A stretch of 64,000 nt of DNA. It comes from Eubacteriales bacterium (GTDB lineage: Bacteria; Bacillota; Clostridia; Oscillospirales; CAG-272). The stretch is from positions 9,938-73,937 of the forward strand of contig JBGVRH010000074.1 in NCBI GenBank assembly GCA_045128275.1, given 5' to 3'. A program made the translations under genes and the position numbers. This document shows positions 26,248-36,130 of this stretch, one piece after another (within the stretch, counting starts at the first letter, position 1; the number at the start of each line of letters is the position of its first letter). The notes beneath the pieces were generated by a model that worked only from the letters and a program-made list of their open reading frames with translations, searched no databases and was not told the origin of the DNA.

Positions 26248-26460
26248 TTAATTTTTGTCATCGGGCTTGTATGCAATGAGGTCGGCAATTCCACAGCCCA
26301 GAGCATCGCAGAATTTTTCCAGCAGGTAACTGTCGTAACGAACCACCTTGTTCTTGTAGTATTTATCCACCACCTGAAAACTGATGCCCGCCCGTTTGGC
26401 CAGCTCATAGCGCGTGATTTTATGATTGTCAAGATACTCTTTCACGGTCAACCGAATCAT
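26248..26460 (-). CDS. small XRE/Cro-type HTH regulator (70 aa)
   Basis: Trimmed to ATG 26460 after GAGAGGTGA. ITRYELAKRAGISFQVVDKYYKNK. Confidence 0.8.
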   Translation of the reverse strand: MIRLTVKEYLDNHKITRYELAKRAGISFQVVDKYYKNKVVRYDSYLLEKFCDALGCGIADLIAYKPDDKN

Positions 26461-26505
26461 GGTATCACCTCTCTTCGGTATATATTTTAATAAACATATA
26501 CCCTC

Positions 26506-26534
26506 TTGACAATTAGTGTGTTTGTATGTATAAT
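26506..26534 (+). promoter_or_regulatory. consensus sigmaA promoter for the SLOG-like gene
   Basis: TTGACA (26506-11), 17 nt, TATAAT (26529-34). The -10 lies within the ATGTA-TAAT-TACAT inverted repeat. Confidence 0.6.
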
Positions 26535-26573
26535 TACATATACATATAATCAAACGCAACAGGAGGCAATCAC

Positions 26574-26903
26574 ATGAAGCTTTTGATCGCAGGCTCCCGC
26601 TCCATTACGTCCTTTGATCTCTCCCCCCATATCCCCGCCGACGCGGATCTCATCATCACGGGAGGCGCCAAGGGGGTGGACACTCTGGCCGAGGCCTACG
26701 CCAAGGAGCGGGGAATCCCCACCGTGACCGTCAAGCCCTGCTACGAGAAATACGGACGCGCCGCGCCCATTCTGCGGGACGAGGAGATGGTGGATCTGGC
26801 CGACGCGGTGCTGGTGATCTGGGACGGCACTTCCCGAGGAAGCAAGCACACCGCCGCCTATGCCCGCAAGAAGGGCAAGCCCCTGACGGTGGTGACGGTA
26901 TGA
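26574..26903 (+). CDS. SLOG-superfamily protein (DUF2493-like)
   Basis: AGGAGG RBS. LLIAGSRS...IITGGAKGVDTLAEAYAKERGIP...APILRDEEMV pattern. Confidence 0.7.
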   Translation: MKLLIAGSRSITSFDLSPHIPADADLIITGGAKGVDTLAEAYAKERGIPTVTVKPCYEKYGRAAPILRDEEMVDLADAVLVIWDGTSRGSKHTAAYARKKGKPLTVVTV

Positions 26904-26954
26904 AGCAGACGCAATCAAAAAAGGTACTCTCCCACGGGAAAGTACCTTTGTTTT

Positions 26955-27482
26955 TTATTCGGCGGGGGTCAGCGCCTTCTCCATGGCCGAGCCTGCGGCG
27001 GTGGTGTCGGCGGAGCTCAGTATGGTGTACATGACGTAGCGGCCCATGACGTTGACGGTGGTATAGTCCAGCTTTGTGATCTCGGTAGGATTGTAAGTCT
27101 CCAACAGGGACTTGAGCTGAAGAGCCTTAGCGTTCAGGTAGTTCTCGCAGAAGGTCTTGACAGCCTTGGCATCCTTCTCGGACTTGCAGAGGAACACGCC
27201 CACCTCGTCAATGTTCTTCTCGAAGTTTTCGGATACCACGATGCGGTACTCGGCTACCATCTCCAGGTAGTCGGCGTAGTCCTCGCCCCAGGAGGAGGGG
27301 GAGATGTAGTTCTCGCTGACCTGACGCCAGCCGTCCCCGGCGGGGAGGGCGGAGGTGACGCTGTTCGACAGTTGGGCGGCGGTAAGATCGTCACGGAAGC
27401 TGCCGCCGTCACAGGCGGTCAGAGGCAGAGCCAGACAGAGGGCCAGGAGCAGGCAGAGGAGCGCGCGGAGGGTATATTTCAT
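26955..27482 (-). CDS. DUF4358-like lipoprotein
   Basis: Trimmed to ATG 27482. Lipobox LPLTAC. Confidence 0.7.
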   Translation of the reverse strand: MKYTLRALLCLLLALCLALPLTACDGGSFRDDLTAAQLSNSVTSALPAGDGWRQVSENYISPSSWGEDYADYLEMVAEYRIVVSENFEKNIDEVGVFLCKSEKDAKAVKTFCENYLNAKALQLKSLLETYNPTEITKLDYTTVNVMGRYVMYTILSSADTTAAGSAMEKALTPAE

Positions 27483-27504
27483 GGTCGGTTCCTTTCTTTC
27501 AGCA

Positions 27505-28335
27505 TCAGTCGGTGATAGCATGGGTGCGGATATACTCCAGGATGGCCACGTAGACCTCGTTGTCCAGGTGGATGCCGTCGTTGAAACTTTCGCTATAGCT
27601 ATCCTTCAGATTTCCTTTTTCATCCTTGAGGATGCTTTGGGTATTCAGATAGCGGCAGCCGTTTTCAGTGGCGATGGCCTTGACCCACTTGTTGGCGGTG
27701 TCGATCTTGCCGTTGTCCAACAAGGTACAGTCCGCGGTGACGGGGAAGATGGACTGGAGGATGATCTTTGTCTTGGGGGAGGCTTTTTGGATATTCTGAA
27801 TGAGGGCGGAGTAGTAGTCCTTAAACTCGGTCTCGCTCAGAAAGGATACGCCCCAATCGGTGCCCAGGGTGATGATCATGATCTCGGGCTGGGCCTTTTT
27901 GGCGGCCTCGGCGATGGTCATTTTCTCTCCTGTGCCGGGGTAGACGATCTTAACGGCGGTGATCTCGGAGTTGAGGTTCATCATGTTGTTCTCACAGCGC
28001 CAGACCTGCTTGGTATTGGTGCCATCCGTCAGCGCGCCGCTTCGGATGAAGTGCGCGGTAAGGGAATCACCCACAAAGATGATCTTGTCCTGGTAGGCGG
28101 TGCCCGCGTCGGGGGTAAGGGGCAGGGTCACGCCGTCATCCTCGGGGGGCTGGACGGGGTCACCCGACACGTTGGTCGTGGGAGTCTTATGGGGATCCGC
28201 CACAGGCTTGTTCGAGGGCTTGGTGGCGATGAAAACAACGGTAAGGATGAGGAGCAGAACCAGCATCCCCGCGATGGCGATGAGCAAAAGGCGGGTCAGC
28301 TTTTCGACCTGCTCGGTCTTATGAGTCGTGGGCAT
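27505..28335 (-). CDS. SGNH/GDSL-family hydrolase with N-terminal membrane anchor
   Basis: Trimmed to ATG 28335 after GGGAGG. GDS motif (IIFVGDSLTAHF). C-terminal DGIHL. Confidence 0.8.
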   Translation of the reverse strand: MPTTHKTEQVEKLTRLLLIAIAGMLVLLLILTVVFIATKPSNKPVADPHKTPTTNVSGDPVQPPEDDGVTLPLTPDAGTAYQDKIIFVGDSLTAHFIRSGALTDGTNTKQVWRCENNMMNLNSEITAVKIVYPGTGEKMTIAEAAKKAQPEIMIITLGTDWGVSFLSETEFKDYYSALIQNIQKASPKTKIILQSIFPVTADCTLLDNGKIDTANKWVKAIATENGCRYLNTQSILKDEKGNLKDSYSESFNDGIHLDNEVYVAILEYIRTHAITD

Positions 28336-28359
28336 GGAAACCTCCCTGTTTTTCATGAA

Positions 28360-28827
28360 TCATTTACGGTAACGGCTTTCGTAGGGCTCCGCGTCAATCT
28401 GCTTCTGACGGCTCTTGGCGGAGACGGCGGTGATCACCGCCATGACGACGGCGTAGAGGATGACGGCGGCCAGCAGGATGATCAGCACCTGCATCCCCGA
28501 GGGCTTGGTGCGGAGCTGGTAGGGCAGGTAGCCGCACAGGTAGAAGCCACCCAGGGTCGCCAGAGCGTGTAGACCCACCTTGACCCCCGTGGAGAGCTTG
28601 TCCGATCGTCTCACCCAAGCCGCCAGAGTCAGGCAAAAGCCGAAGGGCAGTTGCAAAAAGAAGCTGACGGTGTCCACGTAGGTCACGGTCAGGGAGTCCG
28701 ACGCGATGGCGGAGGCGAGGAGCAGGATGAGGCAGAGGACGGTATAGCGGGCGCAGGTGCCCAGCCAAAGATTTTTGGCGCAGGTCAGAGCCTTTGTATT
28801 GTGAGCCTCGGAGGCGGGTTTATTCAT
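28360..28827 (-). CDS. hypothetical membrane protein
   Basis: Trimmed to ATG 28827 after AAAGGATG. Four hydrophobic segments. Confidence 0.6.
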   Translation of the reverse strand: MNKPASEAHNTKALTCAKNLWLGTCARYTVLCLILLLASAIASDSLTVTYVDTVSFFLQLPFGFCLTLAAWVRRSDKLSTGVKVGLHALATLGGFYLCGYLPYQLRTKPSGMQVLIILLAAVILYAVVMAVITAVSAKSRQKQIDAEPYESRYRK

Positions 28828-29036
28828 AGAACGGCATCCTTTCGGGATCAAAGCGTATATTCTATATTATTATATCGTATTTACAGAGAGATTGCAAGGG
28901 GTATTTGTGAATTTTTCAAGGGAAATTCGCCGCTCATCTCATAAGTTTTCAATTTTCCGTTCCGTAGACAAACCTTGTTCACAATTGTGTGGTACAATAA
29001 ACAAGATCCAGACTATCCCGAAAGGAGGAGGCCACC

Positions 29037-30950
29037 GTGTCCGAGAGATCCACCCCCGAGCAGACCCCCGCTACGGCGGAAAAGCGCCTGCCCCATATCC
29101 ATACCCCCGCCGACCTGCGCGCTCTGCCCGCAGAAGCCATCCCCGCTCTCTGCGCCGAGATCCGCGAGACCCTGGTGGAGACCGTCACCGAGAACGGCGG
29201 CCACCTCGCCTCCAACCTGGGAGCCGTGGAGCTGTCGGTGGCCATGCACCGTGTCTTCGACTGCCCCCGCGATCACTTCATCTTCGACGTAGGCCACCAG
29301 AGCTACGTCCATAAGCTCCTGACGGGACGCTATGAGCAGTTCTCCACCATCCGTAAGGGCGGCGGCCTTTCGGGCTTCACCAAGCGGAGCGAAAGCGAGT
29401 ACGACTGCTTCGGGGCGGGGCACAGCTCTACTTCCCTGTCCGCCGCGCTGGGCTTTGCCCAAGGCGACCGTATGAGCGGCTCCGAGGCCTTTACCGTGGC
29501 CGTCATCGGTGACGGCGCCTTCACGGGCGGTATGGTTCACGAGGCGCTGAACAACATCACCCCCGGCCTGCGGCTCATCATCATCATCAACGAAAACGAG
29601 ATGTCCATCTCCAAGAACATCGGCCGCTTCGCCACCCACATGGCCAAGCTCCGTCGGAAATCGGGCTACTTCAAGACCAAGAAGGGCATCACCCGCTTCA
29701 TCAAGAAGATCCCCCTGGTGGGTAACGGCCTGTTCCGCGCCATCCGCGACACCAAGAAGGCCTTCAAGAACGCCATGTACGGCAGTAACTACTTCGAGGA
29801 TATCGGCCTCTACTACCTGGGCCCCGCCGACGGCAACGATTACGAGGCGGTGGAGGCTCTGCTCACCGAGGCCAAGAAGCTGAATGACAGCGTGGTCATC
29901 CACCTCAAGACCCGCAAGGGCAAGGGCTACGCCCCCGCCGAGGCCGAGCCGGGCAAGTACCACGGTATGCCCCCCAAGGGTAGCGTATCCGTGGAAAACT
30001 TCTCCCACCGCCTGGGTGAGATCCTCATCGAGGAGTCCGAGAAGGACGACCGCATCTGCGCCATCACCGCCGCCATGAGCGAGGGCACGGGCCTGGAGGC
30101 CTTCCGCGAGGCTCGCCCCCACCGCTTCTTCGACGTAGGCATCGCCGAGGAGCATGCCCTGACCTTTGCCGCGGGTCTGGCCGCCGACGGCTACAAGCCC
30201 GTCACCGCCATCTACTCCTCCTTCATGCAGAGAGGCTACGACCAGATCATCCACGACATCGCCCTGCAAAAGCTCCCCGTCCTCATGTGCATCGACCGCG
30301 CGGGACTGAACGCGGGAGACGGCCCCACCCACCACGGTATTTTCGACGTCTCCTTCCTGTCCTCCATCCCCCATCTGACCGTCTATGCCCCCGTCACCTT
30401 TGCGGGCCTGGCGGTATCGGTGCGCAAGGCCCTGGCCGACGGAGTCCCCGCCGCCATCCGCTATCCCAACGGCGGAGAGGACCCCCGCCTGCGGGATACC
30501 TTCTACAGGGACGGTGATCCCACCGACGTAGCGGTACGGGAAAGCAATCCCGAAAACCACGCCATCCCCGCCGCCGTCATCATCACCCACGGCCGCATCA
30601 CCCGCGAGGCCCTGACCGCCCGGGAAGCCCTAGCATCCCAAGGGATTCCCGTGGGCATCCTGCTCTGCGAGTACCTCAAGCCCTACGGCAAGCTGGCCGA
30701 CGAGATCGCCGCCAAGCTCCCAGCGGGCATTCCCCTGCTCTTTGTCGAGGAGGAGCTCCGCGCAGGCGGCTTTGGTATGATGCTCACCGACGCCATGAGA
30801 CGCAACGGCTCCCTGGAGGGCCACCCCTACGCGATCCTGGCCACCGATGACAGCTTCGTCTCCCAGGACAAGCCCGAGCCCATTTTCCGCACCGCCGGGG
30901 TGGATGCCGAGGCCATGGCCGCCGAGATCAGAAGACTGCTGAACGGCTGA
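29037..30950 (+). CDS. dxs: 1-deoxy-D-xylulose-5-phosphate synthase
   Basis: GTG start after AGGAGG. GGHLASNLGAVELSVAMHRVFD...DVGHQSYVHKLLTGR. Confidence 0.95.
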   Translation: MSERSTPEQTPATAEKRLPHIHTPADLRALPAEAIPALCAEIRETLVETVTENGGHLASNLGAVELSVAMHRVFDCPRDHFIFDVGHQSYVHKLLTGRYEQFSTIRKGGGLSGFTKRSESEYDCFGAGHSSTSLSAALGFAQGDRMSGSEAFTVAVIGDGAFTGGMVHEALNNITPGLRLIIIINENEMSISKNIGRFATHMAKLRRKSGYFKTKKGITRFIKKIPLVGNGLFRAIRDTKKAFKNAMYGSNYFEDIGLYYLGPADGNDYEAVEALLTEAKKLNDSVVIHLKTRKGKGYAPAEAEPGKYHGMPPKGSVSVENFSHRLGEILIEESEKDDRICAITAAMSEGTGLEAFREARPHRFFDVGIAEEHALTFAAGLAADGYKPVTAIYSSFMQRGYDQIIHDIALQKLPVLMCIDRAGLNAGDGPTHHGIFDVSFLSSIPHLTVYAPVTFAGLAVSVRKALADGVPAAIRYPNGGEDPRLRDTFYRDGDPTDVAVRESNPENHAIPAAVIITHGRITREALTAREALASQGIPVGILLCEYLKPYGKLADEIAAKLPAGIPLLFVEEELRAGGFGMMLTDAMRRNGSLEGHPYAILATDDSFVSQDKPEPIFRTAGVDAEAMAAEIRRLLNG

Positions 30951-31013
30951 CCGCCCACGGATTTCCGTACACTTTCCTGTGACGATTTTCAAGAAACATA
31001 TGCCTTATGGCAC

Positions 31014-31042
31014 TTGACTCCCCCTTTGATTCGTGCTATAAT
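31014..31042 (+). promoter_or_regulatory. consensus sigmaA promoter for the GH43 gene
   Basis: TTGACT (31014-19), 17 nt, TGcTATAAT (-10 at 31037-42). Confidence 0.6.
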
Positions 31043-31067
31043 GGAAAAAAACAGCGAGGAGGCTCCC

Positions 31068-31961
31068 ATGAAGCTACGCGACATCCATCTTCGAGATCCC
31101 TTCATCTTTGCCGAGAACGGTGTATACTACCTCTACGGAACCCGTCGCGGCCCCAGCACCAAGGTCATCCCCTGGCAGGGCCTGGACGTGTACACCTCCA
31201 CCGACCTCATCGAGTGGAGCGAGCCTCACGAGTGCTTTACCCGCCCCGAGGATTTCTGGTCGGACAGAGACTTCTTCGCCCCCGAGGTCTACCACTACGG
31301 CGATACCTACTACATGTTCGCCAGCTTCCGAGGCGGCAACATCACCCGCGCCTCCCAAATCCTGAAGAGCGACAGCCCCATGGGCCCCTTCCTGCCCTTC
31401 ACCGACGGCCCCATGACCCCCGTGGACTGGACCTGCCTGGATGCCACCTTCTACCTGGACGAGGAGGGCAACCCCTGGACGGCCTTCTGCCACGAATGGA
31501 CTCAGGTGGGTGACGGCACCATTGAGATCATGCCCCTGTCGGCGGATCTCACCACCCCCGTGGGCAAGCCCGAGACCATCCTCCGCGCCAGCGGTGCCGC
31601 GTGGTCCTACTCCCTGGTGGATCCCACCTCCCGCAACTACGTCACCGACGGCCCCTTCTTCCGCAAGGGCAAGAACGGCAAGCTCTACATGCTCTGGTCG
31701 GGCTTCCATGCAGGCCCCCAATACTGGTACGTCCAGGCTCTGGCCATCAGCGACAGCGGCAGCATCCACGGCCCTTGGCGTCACGCCGACAACTTCATCT
31801 ACGACGAGGACGGCGGTCACGGCATGATCTTCGACGGCTTTGACGGTCAGTTGTACCTCGTTCTCCACAGCACCAACGTCAACCCCAACGAGCGGCCTCG
31901 CCTCTTCAAGCTCCGCGAGACCGACGACGGCTTTGAGATTCTGGAGCGGGTGGATACCTAA
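31068..31961 (+). CDS. glycoside hydrolase family 43 protein
   Basis: Trimmed to ATG 31068 after GAGGAGG. LRDPFIF...YYLYGT, APEVYHY, and the DGPFF pattern of the GH43 beta-propeller. Confidence 0.85.
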   Translation: MKLRDIHLRDPFIFAENGVYYLYGTRRGPSTKVIPWQGLDVYTSTDLIEWSEPHECFTRPEDFWSDRDFFAPEVYHYGDTYYMFASFRGGNITRASQILKSDSPMGPFLPFTDGPMTPVDWTCLDATFYLDEEGNPWTAFCHEWTQVGDGTIEIMPLSADLTTPVGKPETILRASGAAWSYSLVDPTSRNYVTDGPFFRKGKNGKLYMLWSGFHAGPQYWYVQALAISDSGSIHGPWRHADNFIYDEDGGHGMIFDGFDGQLYLVLHSTNVNPNERPRLFKLRETDDGFEILERVDT

Positions 31962-31966
31962 ACAAA

Positions 31967-32008
31967 AAGATCGGGTAGTCCGTTTGGGCTATCCGATCTT
32001 CTCTTTTT
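31967..32008 (+). terminator. rho-independent terminator
   Basis: AAGATCGGGTAG (31967-78) pairs with CTATCCGATCTT (31989-32000), followed by CTCTTTTT. Confidence 0.65.
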
Positions 32009-32042
32009 CCGTAACGAAGGGGCGAACCCTCGGGGCGGGGGA

Positions 32043-33338
32043 TCAGGCCTTATTGCCCTGAGACAGGGCAGCGATGCGGTAAGTGCCCTCGGTCTTCTCC
32101 CGTTCCGCCGCCCAGAGAGCAGCCTGGTAGTCGTAGACCTCCCGAGGGATCTCGGGCTCTCCCGCCGCGAAGTTGGGCAGTAGCATATCCCCCGCGGCCT
32201 TGGGGTCGGTGCAGGCGGTATCACCTCGCCATCTCTCCCGCTCCTCCCTGTCCCGCAGGTTGGGGATGGCCATGGGGATCCCCCCCGCCAGGATGGAGCG
32301 GTAGGCGAACAGGCCGGGGAGGAACATATCCAGGGCCTCGTAGACGTCGATGGTGTCGGCGGTCTCATCCCCCAGGATCCGCTTGATGAAGTAGTACATG
32401 GAGAAGAAGTCCGACCCGCCGTGGCCGAAGCCCGCCACGTCCTCCGCAGTCGCGTGTTCGGGGTAGCAGGCGCGGAGAGATCCCGTCTCATAGCCGCCGT
32501 CGTATTCGTCGCTGTTGATATAGAGCTTACCCGCATAGCCGTCCTCGGTATCCTCGCGGCTGCTCTCCATGCGCCCCTTGGAGCCGTACATGGAGTACCA
32601 GATGGAGTTCTTGTAGAGGTCGCCGTGGATGGACTTGACCATACCGCCGTTCTCCAACGTCACCATCTCGATGCCGAACTGCCCGCACTTGCGCCCGACG
32701 CGGAGACTGCGGGCATTTCGGGTGCCCTCGAAGCCCACCACCGACACGGGGCGAAGGCCTGTGGCATGGAGGATGGGGCCCAGGGAGTGGGTGCAGTAGA
32801 AGGTGGCGTAGCTGTTGTTTCGCCAGTGGTCGGGATCTCCGTAGGCGATGGATGGCCAGATGGCCTCGCAGTTGTGGATATACTCTCCCTCACCGTACTC
32901 GAATTCCCCGATCTCCCCTTGCTCGTAGAGGCGTTTCATCTCCAGCGGGGCGGGCATATAGCAGTAGTTCTCCCCGTAGGCGTAGACCAGGCCGCTCTCT
33001 TCTACCGCCTCCACCAGCTCTACCGCCTCCTTCATGCTCTGGACGGGCATGACCTCGGAGAAGACGTGAAGCCCCCGCTTCAGACAGCGGACGGCGAAGG
33101 GGGCGTGTTCGTTGGCATAGTTGGCCAGCACCACGGCGTCCATATCGTGCCGGATAAACTTGTCGAAATGATCGTAGAAGGCGATATCCAGCCCCTGCGC
33201 GGCATCCCTTTGGGCCTCCAGAGCCTCGGGATCCTTATCGCATATGGCCACCACCTCGGCGTGGTCGGCCCGCTTGCAGTAGTTGATCATGCTGGTGCCT
33301 CGGTAAGCACCCAGCACGCCGATGCGAACTTTTTTCAT
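32043..33338 (-). CDS. Gfo/Idh/MocA-family oxidoreductase
   Basis: Trimmed to ATG 33338 after AGGAGG. N-terminal Rossmann KVRIGVLGAYRGTSM. Confidence 0.85.
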   Translation of the reverse strand: MKKVRIGVLGAYRGTSMINYCKRADHAEVVAICDKDPEALEAQRDAAQGLDIAFYDHFDKFIRHDMDAVVLANYANEHAPFAVRCLKRGLHVFSEVMPVQSMKEAVELVEAVEESGLVYAYGENYCYMPAPLEMKRLYEQGEIGEFEYGEGEYIHNCEAIWPSIAYGDPDHWRNNSYATFYCTHSLGPILHATGLRPVSVVGFEGTRNARSLRVGRKCGQFGIEMVTLENGGMVKSIHGDLYKNSIWYSMYGSKGRMESSREDTEDGYAGKLYINSDEYDGGYETGSLRACYPEHATAEDVAGFGHGGSDFFSMYYFIKRILGDETADTIDVYEALDMFLPGLFAYRSILAGGIPMAIPNLRDREERERWRGDTACTDPKAAGDMLLPNFAAGEPEIPREVYDYQAALWAAEREKTEGTYRIAALSQGNKA

Positions 33339-33479
33339 GGGACGCGCCTCCTTTCTCAAAAGACGGGGAAGAGCGGACGAAAGGATAGTCTTCCCCCTTG
33401 CAGGTCTATTATACCACAGTTTACGCTGTACCGTCCGTGGTTAATTTCCTCGTATTTGTGTAATTTAGTTACATTCCCG

Positions 33480-33508
33480 TTGACTTCCCACGGGAAATGT
33501 GCTATACT
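33480..33508 (+). promoter_or_regulatory. sigmaA promoter for the AraC-family gene
   Basis: TTGACT (33480-85), 17 nt, TGcTATACT (-10 at 33503-08). Confidence 0.6.
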
Positions 33509-33537
33509 GAAGCCATCTCACCCCAGGAGGCAGGATC

Positions 33538-34368
33538 ATGGCCGAGCAGAACGTATGTCGCTTTGTCCCGAGAGAGATCAACGATCACAGCATCCATACC
33601 GTCCATTTCGTTTTGGAGACCAAGGAGCAGGTCTATACGGGTCTGCGGCTGAAGTCTCTCTATACCGTATATTTTGTTCTGCAAGGAACGGGCAAGCTCC
33701 ATACCCGCGGCGAGGTTCTGCCCTTGAAACAGGGAGACATCTTCTTCTCCTTCCCCGCCGAGCCCTTCGCCATTGAGTCGGTCTCCGACTTTCAGTATAT
33801 GTACATCAGCTTCCTGGGTGCCCGAGGCAATCGGATCATGGACAAGCTGGGGATCTCGGCCAAGGCTCCGTTGTACACGGATTGCGGCGAGCTGGAGACG
33901 GTCTGGGATCAGGGGCTTCACAGTCCCGCGGAGCTTTCGGATATCGCCAGCGAGGCCGTCCTGCTCCATACCTTCGCTTATCTGGGTGGCCGACTGCCCG
34001 AGTTCTCCGCCCACGAGGAGGGGCGGACGGATCTGATCTCCATGATCCAGAAGTACGTGGACGAGCATTTCTCGGATCCCGACTTTTCCCTGGAGCGGCT
34101 GGGGAGCGATCTGAAATACAATAAGAAATACCTCTCCACGGTCTTCAAGCGCCACGTGGGAGTCGGTATCGTGGAATACCTCCACACCGTCCGCATCCAG
34201 CAGGCCTGCACCATGCTGAAGCAGGGCTTTACCAGCGTCAGCGACGTGGCTCTGCGGTGCGGCTATCCCGATGCCCAGTATTTCTCCAAGGTCTTCAAGC
34301 GGAGGATGAGCATATCCCCCCGCGAGTACCTGGCCTCGATCCGATCCGAGGACGGCTCCAAGACTTAA
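33538..34368 (+). CDS. AraC-family transcriptional regulator (cupin + HTH)
   Basis: C-terminal YLSTVFKRHVGVGIVEYLHTVRIQQACTMLK...YFSKVFKRRMSISPREY. Confidence 0.85.
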   Translation: MAEQNVCRFVPREINDHSIHTVHFVLETKEQVYTGLRLKSLYTVYFVLQGTGKLHTRGEVLPLKQGDIFFSFPAEPFAIESVSDFQYMYISFLGARGNRIMDKLGISAKAPLYTDCGELETVWDQGLHSPAELSDIASEAVLLHTFAYLGGRLPEFSAHEEGRTDLISMIQKYVDEHFSDPDFSLERLGSDLKYNKKYLSTVFKRHVGVGIVEYLHTVRIQQACTMLKQGFTSVSDVALRCGYPDAQYFSKVFKRRMSISPREYLASIRSEDGSKT

Positions 34369-34377
34369 TATGACAAA

Positions 34378-34416
34378 AATCCGAGTCCTCCTGCGGAGGG
34401 CTCGGATTCTCTTTTC
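34378..34416 (+). terminator. rho-independent terminator (bidirectional)
   Basis: AATCCGAGTCCTCC-TGC-GGAGGGCTCGGATT followed by CTCTTTTCC. Confidence 0.7.
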
Positions 34417-34447
34417 CCCTGAAAACGCCAAGAGACTCCTTCAAGGA

Positions 34448-35917
34448 TCAGTCCTGATCGGCATACAGGTCGTTATAGAAGATATTGTTTTCCTCGGTCA
34501 CCACGGGACGGTAGGCGAAGAGGAAGGGGGCATTCCCATAGCTGACGGGCTCGTCGGTGGGCTGCTTGGACATGATACGGCTATCCGAGCCGTGATCGTA
34601 GCGCAGGGCGGTACCGCCCTCCTCGTCCTCGGCCAGCATGAAGACGTGCTGGGGGCCTCCGTCGGAGGGGTGGGGATTGACGAAGATGATGTCTCCCGCC
34701 TGCAGATCCTGGATGCGGGTGATCCGCTCAAAGCCCATCTCGCGGCACCAGCCGTGGAGGTTCGACACTACACAGCCCTGGACGGTAGGTTGATCCGTAA
34801 AGCCCGCGCGGTAGAGGATCCAGTCCACCAGACGGTCACAGCTGGTGCGGTGAGGACGGTGGTTGATACCGGGGTTGGTGCAGGAATCGCCGTACTTGAA
34901 GCGCTGGGCGCGGGCGTACTCGGTGATGTACTTGCCCTCGCGCAGGAGGTTACATTGCAGGAGGCTGTAGGGGGTGTAGACAATCTCACCCTTCTCGTTG
35001 GCCACGCGGTAGCCGAATTCCTTCTTGGAGTCGCAACGCCGCTTGGCGTTCTCCAGGGTCGAGAAGGCATCTCCCAGCACGTTGTCCTCGGGGAGGTGGA
35101 GCCTGTCCTCGTAGAGGCAGACGTAGAAGCCTGCGGGTACCTCGGGAATGGGAGCAGCCTCTCCCTTGTCCTCGGCAATGTAAGCCTCGGCCTCGGCGCG
35201 GTCGGCGCAGAAGGCGATCTTCTGGATCAGGAAGGTATCCCCCGCCTCCACGTAGTTGGTATAATCCAGGCGGAAGCCGTCGTTGAAGCGCACGGCCCAG
35301 CCACGGGTCTTTTCGTCAGCCTCAAAGATCACGTACTGCCAGACCCGCTCGCCGAAGAATTCCGAGTCTCCGCCGTAGACCTCGGTCATGGCGTATTCCG
35401 CCTTGGCGGATCTCCGATCCTCGGTGGCGTAGAACATCTCAAAGGCACCGCCCCACTCGGCCTGTACCTTGAAGACGATGACCTTCTTCTCCTCGGGGGT
35501 AAAGGGAACGTAGGTTTTCCCGTCCCCCGAGGCAGGGTAGCCCGCCGCCTGGAACATTTTGCTCACGTCCCAGGGGATGCAGGGGTCTCTGGACTCACTG
35601 CGGGCGATGAATTGGACACCCTCGTCGTGATCCTCGGGGTAGGCTCCCGTGCCGCGGCGGAAGGTGGTATTGAGCAGTTCCTCGCTAAAGGTGGTCAGAT
35701 CGATGCGGGTGGGATCGGGGATGAGGTAGGGAGACTCGGTTTCGGGCTCGGTCTCGGTGGGGGCTTCGGTGGCTGCCTCGGTCTCCACAGTCCCAGGAGC
35801 GGTCTCGGGAGCCGTGCTGTCCCCCTCGTTCTCGTGAGAAGGCTCCGTCGTACAGGCGGCAAGGAGCAGCAAAAGAGCGGTCAGCGCGATGGATACAAGC
35901 AGGTAGGATTTCCGCAT
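34448..35917 (-). CDS. lipoprotein, possible C-terminal NlpC/P60-like papain-fold domain
   Basis: Lipobox LLLAAC. C-terminal SCDRLV...QHVFML Cys/His pattern. The domain call is tentative. Confidence 0.65.
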   Translation of the reverse strand: MRKSYLLVSIALTALLLLLAACTTEPSHENEGDSTAPETAPGTVETEAATEAPTETEPETESPYLIPDPTRIDLTTFSEELLNTTFRRGTGAYPEDHDEGVQFIARSESRDPCIPWDVSKMFQAAGYPASGDGKTYVPFTPEEKKVIVFKVQAEWGGAFEMFYATEDRRSAKAEYAMTEVYGGDSEFFGERVWQYVIFEADEKTRGWAVRFNDGFRLDYTNYVEAGDTFLIQKIAFCADRAEAEAYIAEDKGEAAPIPEVPAGFYVCLYEDRLHLPEDNVLGDAFSTLENAKRRCDSKKEFGYRVANEKGEIVYTPYSLLQCNLLREGKYITEYARAQRFKYGDSCTNPGINHRPHRTSCDRLVDWILYRAGFTDQPTVQGCVVSNLHGWCREMGFERITRIQDLQAGDIIFVNPHPSDGGPQHVFMLAEDEEGGTALRYDHGSDSRIMSKQPTDEPVSYGNAPFLFAYRPVVTEENNIFYNDLYADQD

Positions 35918-36040
35918 GATGATACCATCCTTTCGTGTTTATGACAAAAACATTATAGCACACGCGCCGCGGAATTGTCAATACTGCTCATGGAAATCGT
36001 GTATTTTAGTCTGTTTTTTCTGCCTTTTTGTCTCATTCTC

Positions 36041-36069
36041 TTGACATACGGCTTCATTTGATTTATAAT
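36041..36069 (+). promoter_or_regulatory. consensus sigmaA promoter for the GH36 gene
   Basis: TTGACA (36041-46), 17 nt, TATAAT (36064-69). Confidence 0.6.
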
Positions 36070-36130
36070 GACCGTGTACAGTTTCCACACCGTACAATAC
36101 ACGACGCTTACGCGGAAAGGAAGACCCTCT

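Noticed and set aside
28852-29036. A promoter or riboswitch upstream of dxs.
   Set aside because: Only an extended -10-like TGgTACAAT is present, without a properly spaced -35. I recognise no structured motif.
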